DNA from: an uncultured bacterium
Lineage (GTDB): Bacteria > Nitrospirota > Nitrospiria > Nitrospirales > Nitrospiraceae
Length of the DNA: 64,000 nucleotides
Reading direction: 5' to 3'
Assembly: GCA_965232965.1 (NCBI GenBank)
Contig: CBDDRB010000021.1
Coordinates: 223,032-287,031 of the forward strand
Positions 59,128 to 64,000 of this stretch are shown here, piece by piece. The notes below the pieces were generated by a model that saw only the letters and a program-made list of their open reading frames with translations, did not search any database and had not been told where the DNA came from. A program made the position numbers and the translations under genes. The first letter of the stretch is position 1. The number at the start of each line of letters is the position of its first letter.

Positions 59128-60408
59128 TCAGGAAGCGTTCTTCAGCGGTGGAGGAGGTGCGGCACAGGCCATGGGCGCCTCGACCGTGTTTTGCTCGAAG
59201 TGTGCCGAGAGGTTGCCGGTCAAGGGAACCGCTTGTTCATAGACTGTAAAGAAGTAGGGGTCCGGAGCCGTCAGTCCATACTTATCAATCAGCATTTGAT
59301 GTTGCCGTTCGGTCTGGATGTGATAGCGCACCTTTGCGGTCAGCTTGAGTCCTGCAACGTCTTTCGGTACTCGATAGGAAAATGTGTAATCCCGGCTTGC
59401 GAGAGGCATGAGGCGATTATCGTGGAGTTCAATGATCGCCGGCTGCCACATGATCCATCGACCCATGGTATCTGTCTGGCTTTCCAATATCTGTTGTGTC
59501 TGATCCTCGACAGCAAACTCGACCGTAAAGTGTCGATCGGGGTCTCCCGTGGGGAGTTTATGCCCTGCTCCTGCATTGATAAGAGTTAATGTTACCTGGA
59601 CCGTGTCCCCCGGTTTTGGTTCAGCCGGTTCGGCAACAACCTTGATGCCGATCGCCCGCTTGACCATTTCGGGATCATGTCCGCCTCGCCAGAGATGTTG
59701 ACGGCCCTTTCGAATAGGACCGTCTGTGGCGACCGGACGTTCAATCTCAGGCATGTGGCAACTTTGACAGATAAAGCCGCGCTCCTTCATCCAGTACCCG
59801 CTCTCATACTCAGGATAGGTGCCACAAGGCCCTCCATTATAAAATTGCGCCGGCCCTGCCACGACGCTGTGGCATCGATAACAGAGCTGAGTCGTCCGAA
59901 AGCTGGGATCGAATTTTGTGGGATGTGGCGCGGCAGCGTCATCAAAGGGTCCTAGAATGACCCCATCTCGGACATGGCAGGCTGCACATGTCACCCCTTC
60001 GGTCTGAAAATCAGAGTCAAAGTGAGGATTCGGCTCCTGTAGAGCTTTTTCCACTCGCTCCCGTGGAATCTCTTTGATCAATGTGGGTTGCTGGTTTTCC
60101 AATGGGCTATGGCAGTTCAAACACACCCACGTGTGCTTATCCTTCGTCCAATAGGCGTGAAAGAATGGATCGCGATAGGCCTGCGAATGGATGCTCGTTT
60201 TCCATTCCGCATAGATCTCCTTGTGGCAAGACCCACAGGATTCCGCCCGCAAACTCGTGAGACCTTCAGGGACTTTTTGGTGCGGAATTGCATGCGCATA
60301 GTCCGACCGCAGTCCGAAGATGACGGTGGGCTTCACCTCAGTGTAGTACACATACGTGAGGCCTGCGAAAATCAGCAAGCCGATCAATATTTTTGCAAGT
60401 AATCGCAT
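59128..60408 (-). CDS. Membrane-anchored pentaheme c-type cytochrome (cytochrome c554-like multiheme family) with a non-heme C-terminal domain
   Basis: Five CxxCH motifs: 'CGSCH', 'CLNCH', 'CAACH', 'CYRCH' and 'CQSCH'. N-terminal TM segment 'LLAKILIGLLIFAGLTYVYY'. Confidence 0.85.
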   Translation of the reverse strand: MRLLAKILIGLLIFAGLTYVYYTEVKPTVIFGLRSDYAHAIPHQKVPEGLTSLRAESCGSCHKEIYAEWKTSIHSQAYRDPFFHAYWTKDKHTWVCLNCHSPLENQQPTLIKEIPRERVEKALQEPNPHFDSDFQTEGVTCAACHVRDGVILGPFDDAAAPHPTKFDPSFRTTQLCYRCHSVVAGPAQFYNGGPCGTYPEYESGYWMKERGFICQSCHMPEIERPVATDGPIRKGRQHLWRGGHDPEMVKRAIGIKVVAEPAEPKPGDTVQVTLTLINAGAGHKLPTGDPDRHFTVEFAVEDQTQQILESQTDTMGRWIMWQPAIIELHDNRLMPLASRDYTFSYRVPKDVAGLKLTAKVRYHIQTERQHQMLIDKYGLTAPDPYFFTVYEQAVPLTGNLSAHFEQNTVEAPMACAAPPPPLKNAS

Positions 60409-60455
60409 GGCAGAATGCTCATCGGTTGAGTAGGCGTGATGTCTTCGTCCACTTT

Positions 60456-61229
60456 CTATGCCGGAGGCGTTGAGGTTTCTGTGAATTTCCGATAGACAAC
60501 CGGGACTAGAATAAGCAGTCCTAGTAAACTGAACACCAGAAGCATTCTCGGCGAGACCAGCTCTGAAAGAGCATTGATGGTACCCAATTGACGCCCGGCA
60601 AAGGCATACACAACACTACCCGGTATGATACCTATGGCGGTCGCCGCGACATACGTGCTCACCGTCACTCGCGTCAGGCCTGAAAGGAGATTGACGAGGA
60701 AGAAGGGGAAGAAGGGAATGAGCCGCAACGTCAGCAGATAGCTGAATGCATTCTTCGCAAAGCCATCTTGGATCGGGCCAAGCCGATCACCAAACTTCCG
60801 TTCCACCCACTGTCGAAAGAGATAGCGGGCCGCGAGAAAGGCCAATGTTGCCCCGGTCGTGGCTCCGATATTGACGTACAGTGGGCCCCACAGACTTCCG
60901 AAGAGGAAGCCACCCGCAAGGGTCATGATTGTCGCACCAGGCAAGGAGAAAGATGTTTGGAGGATATAGATCAGGATGAATAAGGCGACCGCCGGCACAT
61001 AGTGGTTCTGTGTAAAGGCCAACAGGCTGTCGCGATTCGCCTTGAGAGCGTCCAGCGACAGATAGGTCTTGAGATCAAAGAAAAAGAAGGCCCCGATTGC
61101 CGACAGAAAGAGCAGTGCCACAACAATCTTTCCTGCCATCGAGGATGTTGCCGAGGGTTCTGCTGTAGTGGCGCTTTCTTCAGGGAGCATTGACGTCTCT
61201 TGCATGATACGTCGTTCAACAGATCCCAC
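60456..61229 (-). CDS. TVP38/TMEM64 (DedA-related, VTT domain) membrane protein
   Basis: 'FSLPGATIMTLAGGFLFG' and 'RLIPFFPFFLVNLLSG' are typical VTT-domain blocks. Confidence 0.8.
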   Translation of the reverse strand: MGSVERRIMQETSMLPEESATTAEPSATSSMAGKIVVALLFLSAIGAFFFFDLKTYLSLDALKANRDSLLAFTQNHYVPAVALFILIYILQTSFSLPGATIMTLAGGFLFGSLWGPLYVNIGATTGATLAFLAARYLFRQWVERKFGDRLGPIQDGFAKNAFSYLLTLRLIPFFPFFLVNLLSGLTRVTVSTYVAATAIGIIPGSVVYAFAGRQLGTINALSELVSPRMLLVFSLLGLLILVPVVYRKFTETSTPPA

Positions 61230-61544
61230 TGGTGGACTGACAGACCACCATGTGGTTCAGAACCTATGATGCCATGCGTCGTCTCAACAATTCATCTGCT
61301 GCGCCTATACATGAGATGGCATCGAGCGCAGAGTAGCATCATGACATTTGCTGACATCTAAAGGTGTTTTTCCGCGAATCGAAGATTGAACCCGGCTCAT
61401 GGAAAGAACGTCCCCCTGTTCGAAGAGGCGACGGAGACATCTACAGAGGACGGGTTCGCTCTCGGAGCCTTGAAACTTCCCGTCTTACTTCCTACAGCAG
61501 GATTGGCACGACGTGTCAGTTTGCAGGCCGGTATCCTGCGGACC

Positions 61545-61931
61545 CTATCGAATGCGAGATGTTTCACGTCTCTGCATCCGCCAGAGCCAGCCATACACGA
61601 TACCGTTGAGAGCGATGACGATTGTGCCAAACAGGAATTGAAGATCTCGTGTCAGGTTCCCAGGATAGAGCATGGGCAGCACGTATTGTGTGACGAAGTC
61701 GGAATTATAGGAATTATAGAGGGTCTCGCCACCATATACCCGCAGCCACTGCTCCAGTGGGGTAAGGGGACAGATCCATCCGGCGAATTCGACGACTGCG
61801 CCCCATACGGCAGCCGGTAGATGTAGCCATATGAGCCGGCGCCATCTCAGCGCAAGCAGCCCGCCACACAGGACGAAGACCACGAATGCCAAGTGGATTA
61901 CGACAACCAGATCGGCTAGGAATACATACAT
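61545..61931 (-). CDS. DUF2784-like small membrane protein
   Basis: 'DLVVVIHLAFVVFVLCGGLLALRWRRLIWLHLPAAVWGAVVEFAGWICPLTPLE' matches my recollection of the DUF2784 pattern. Confidence 0.65.
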   Translation of the reverse strand: MYVFLADLVVVIHLAFVVFVLCGGLLALRWRRLIWLHLPAAVWGAVVEFAGWICPLTPLEQWLRVYGGETLYNSYNSDFVTQYVLPMLYPGNLTRDLQFLFGTIVIALNGIVYGWLWRMQRRETSRIR

Positions 61932-61942
61932 GACTCAGTCGG

Positions 61943-62491
61943 CTAGAAGAGCGACGGGTTATCGGTTACTTTCGGATACGTCAGTCTCCCCTTTTCATAC
62001 TGGGCAAATGATGTGAGGGCGTGTGAGGCGGCTTGTGCCGGAGACGTGATATGCCGGACGTTCCAGCCACGACATGTCAGCGCATCGGCGATCAACGACC
62101 GGTGGCAGCGCCAAGGAACAGCTTCTGCGCACATGATGGCTGTTGGCCGCAATCGGCCGTCAATGATCAATTCGTCTAACGCGTTCGCGAATTCCGTTGT
62201 CTGCATATAGTCGGCGTATCCGCGAAAGCTGGCATTGCGCCATCCGTCGTTCACGGAATCCTTCTTCGGCTTTCGTAAGCCGCCCAGCTCCGGAAGGTGG
62301 CGATACTGAAGCCCGGCTTCGCGCAACGAATGAGCCAGCGTATCCGTATTGAACTGTGGATTATGGCGAGACCGTGGAATGGTGCGGACATCAACAAGCA
62401 GATCGATGTCATGTGCGAACAGGAGATTGGTAAACTCGCTGATCGGTCTGGTCGAATGGCCGATGGTCCAGATAGTCGGTGGTTGATGCAT
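61943..62491 (-). CDS. DUF488-family protein
   Basis: 'IWTIGHSTRPISEF...DVRTIPRSRHNPQFN' and 'AIMCAEAVPWRCHRSLIAD'. ATG at 62491; the longer ORF-track N-terminus overlaps the upstream gene and lacks support. Confidence 0.8.
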   Translation of the reverse strand: MHQPPTIWTIGHSTRPISEFTNLLFAHDIDLLVDVRTIPRSRHNPQFNTDTLAHSLREAGLQYRHLPELGGLRKPKKDSVNDGWRNASFRGYADYMQTTEFANALDELIIDGRLRPTAIMCAEAVPWRCHRSLIADALTCRGWNVRHITSPAQAASHALTSFAQYEKGRLTYPKVTDNPSLF

Positions 62492-62540
62492 GGAGCAGTG
62501 TGCCACAGCCAGCAGGGTATCGTCACGACCTGAAGGGACG

Positions 62541-63056
62541 TCAGTCTGGCGGCATTTTTTCTGGGTCGATTTCAAGGAGCCGCAGCCGGCCGTTGATGAT
62601 GTGCTCGGTCTTATAGAGGCGATCGTCCAGCTGTATGGTTCCGATGAGAAGATTGACGTTGACGACAAAAGTAAAGTCGCCCTTCGAAGGCGGTTTGAAT
62701 GTACCCCGGATCGTTGCACTGTCGTTGCTTCGGGAGATCGTCGACACGATATCGAGCTCGTGGTTGGCGCCATCAAAAAGCTCAACGGTTGTCCTCGGAT
62801 GGGGTCTGGCTCCGGCATCCTTCAAAATTTGAAGCAGTGGGAGATCGAGAACAATTTCCCGGTCGCGTAGCACCCATGGTCTCTTCGGCATCGCCGGTTG
62901 AACGGCGGCGGGAGGAGTCGTGACCATCTGCCACAGGCTCTTCGGTGCCGGCCGTTCACCGGCCCACACCGAGCACGAACACAGGCAACTGAGTAGTCCG
63001 ATAAGAAGCAGCGATTGGTATGAGACGCGGTTGAGTCTACCCCGTATGAAAGCCAT
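62541..63056 (-). CDS. Hypothetical secreted protein or lipoprotein
   Basis: 'MAFIRGRLNRVSYQSLLLIGLLSCLCSCS' looks like a signal or lipobox segment. The start is coupled to the TfoX stop (TGATG at 63054-63058). Confidence 0.5.
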   Translation of the reverse strand: MAFIRGRLNRVSYQSLLLIGLLSCLCSCSVWAGERPAPKSLWQMVTTPPAAVQPAMPKRPWVLRDREIVLDLPLLQILKDAGARPHPRTTVELFDGANHELDIVSTISRSNDSATIRGTFKPPSKGDFTFVVNVNLLIGTIQLDDRLYKTEHIINGRLRLLEIDPEKMPPD

Positions 63057-63367
63057 CAGAGGTTGCCGGCTTGCTGAGCCCATATCGTCAGTTCCCCCGC
63101 ATCTTCCAGAACATCCACGGGGACCTCGTAATAGTTGATGAGGGTTTGTTTCGCGTTGGGTCTGAAGGGTTTCATCTTACGCTCGCGATAGTGTGGCGCA
63201 GTGATCGCATTCGTTTTGAAATAGAGCCGGCCCTTCTGAATAATGCCGAAGAACACCCTATCACAGTACAGTCCATATCCGCCGAACATGGCGCGGCACG
63301 TCACGCCATGCAGATCCCGGAGCTGATCCAGTACGAAGTCCTTGAATCCGTTGTGCTTCGGCACCAC
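63056..63367 (-). CDS. TfoX N-terminal-domain protein
   Basis: 'FVLDQLRDLHGVTCRAMFGGYGLYCDRVFFGIIQKGRLYFK' is the TfoX_N pattern. Only 103 aa, so the N-domain alone. Confidence 0.72.
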   Translation of the reverse strand: MVPKHNGFKDFVLDQLRDLHGVTCRAMFGGYGLYCDRVFFGIIQKGRLYFKTNAITAPHYRERKMKPFRPNAKQTLINYYEVPVDVLEDAGELTIWAQQAGNL

Positions 63368-63374
63368 GGTGGTC

Positions 63375-64000
63375 TCACAGAGGTTTGCGTGCCGCCACCA
63401 TTCGGACGGCGATGGGAAAGGTGACCCTGTTGCCTCGCTGGTATGGTGTCGCAGCCTGAGTGATGTGCCGCCGTATCTCTTGCACCTGTGGCGCCGAGAG
63501 TGTCGCCATCAGATTTTGTATTGGCGCCGCGATTTCCAGGAGGCTTGTGTAATACTCATCGGCTGACGCATATGACCATTCTGCGAGAAACTCATGATCT
63601 GTTACATCGACCAATCCGGCCTGTTGCAACATCCCGGAGAGATCGCCAGGCGTGGCGAGCCGAAAGATGCCCGGGGCAGTGGGGTCTGGTAGCGGCAGTT
63701 CGACTACTTTCTTAATCGCTTCCATCGCGAGGCCGATCGAGGGATTCTTCTCACGTGCAGACCAGACGGCAGTGGAGACCCAGCTTCCGGGTTTCAGCAC
63801 ACGAGCGATTTCAGCGGCGGCCTTCGGAATCTCCGGCAAAAACATCAGGCAGAAGCGGCTCGTGACGGCGTCGAACGAGTTCGCATCAAATGAAAGCGCG
63901 GTCACGTCACCTGTGCGGAACGTGACGTTCCCAAGACCCAATGTCGTCGCTTTGCGTCGTGCCACGGCGAGCATCTGTTCGGCGAGATCCAATCCGATCA
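63375..64000 (-). CDS. Class I SAM-dependent methyltransferase (UbiE/type-11-like), N-terminus outside the window
   Basis: 'IGLDLAEQMLAVARRK...FDAVTSRFCLMFLPE...VLKPGSW'. The reading frame stays open to the window edge. Confidence 0.8.
   Translation of the reverse strand, partial: IGLDLAEQMLAVARRKATTLGLGNVTFRTGDVTALSFDANSFDAVTSRFCLMFLPEIPKAAAEIARVLKPGSWVSTAVWSAREKNPSIGLAMEAIKKVVELPLPDPTAPGIFRLATPGDLSGMLQQAGLVDVTDHEFLAEWSYASADEYYTSLLEIAAPIQNLMATLSAPQVQEIRRHITQAATPYQRGNRVTFPIAVRMVAARKPL

Noticed and set aside
1-64000. Scan for tRNA, rRNA, tmRNA, transposase, integrase, prophage or toxin-antitoxin genes
   Set aside because: None was recognised by eye in the intergenic gaps or the ORF translations. 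Small structured RNAs cannot be excluded without tRNAscan or Infernal.

Overview
Dense bacterial chromosomal segment coded on both strands, by eye about 55% GC, with roughly 58 credible protein-coding genes. I recognised no rRNA, tRNA, CRISPR array, transposase, integrase or phage gene. Gene content and one palindromic intergenic element hint at a Nitrospirota-like organism; that is inference only. Most of the window is housekeeping: zwf (partial), rbgA, NDH-2, nadB, pabB/pabC, the F0 half of ATP synthase (atpI-B-E-F), an M16 peptidase pair, rlmN, slt, zapB/zapA, rny-ymdB, xseA/xseB, tlyA, cutA, fhs and hflKC. Five stretches look accessory or unusual. (1) A signalling island at 9.0-17.8 kb: a GAF hybrid histidine kinase and a GAF-HD-GYP protein converge on an operon encoding a TPR/beta-barrel outer-membrane protein, a FecR-domain protein with a long 11-residue tandem-repeat tail, and a CHASE2 adenylate cyclase. 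(2) An arsM-arsS (arsenosugar-type) pair at 56.5-61.2 kb, next to a pentaheme cytochrome c and a TVP38/DedA-like membrane protein, with no classical ars resistance genes nearby. (3) A 31-codon bS22/AURKAIP1-like basic mini-ORF hidden inside a longer spurious ORF. (4) A 590-nt non-coding gap after zapA that could hold an sRNA, possibly 6S. (5) A roughly 295-bp element with terminal inverted repeats. Two genes look damaged: an RNB exoribonuclease split by a 1-nt deletion and a decayed AAA+ ATPase remnant. All calls rest on reading the ORF translations and the DNA by eye. No database search or RNA/structure prediction was run.
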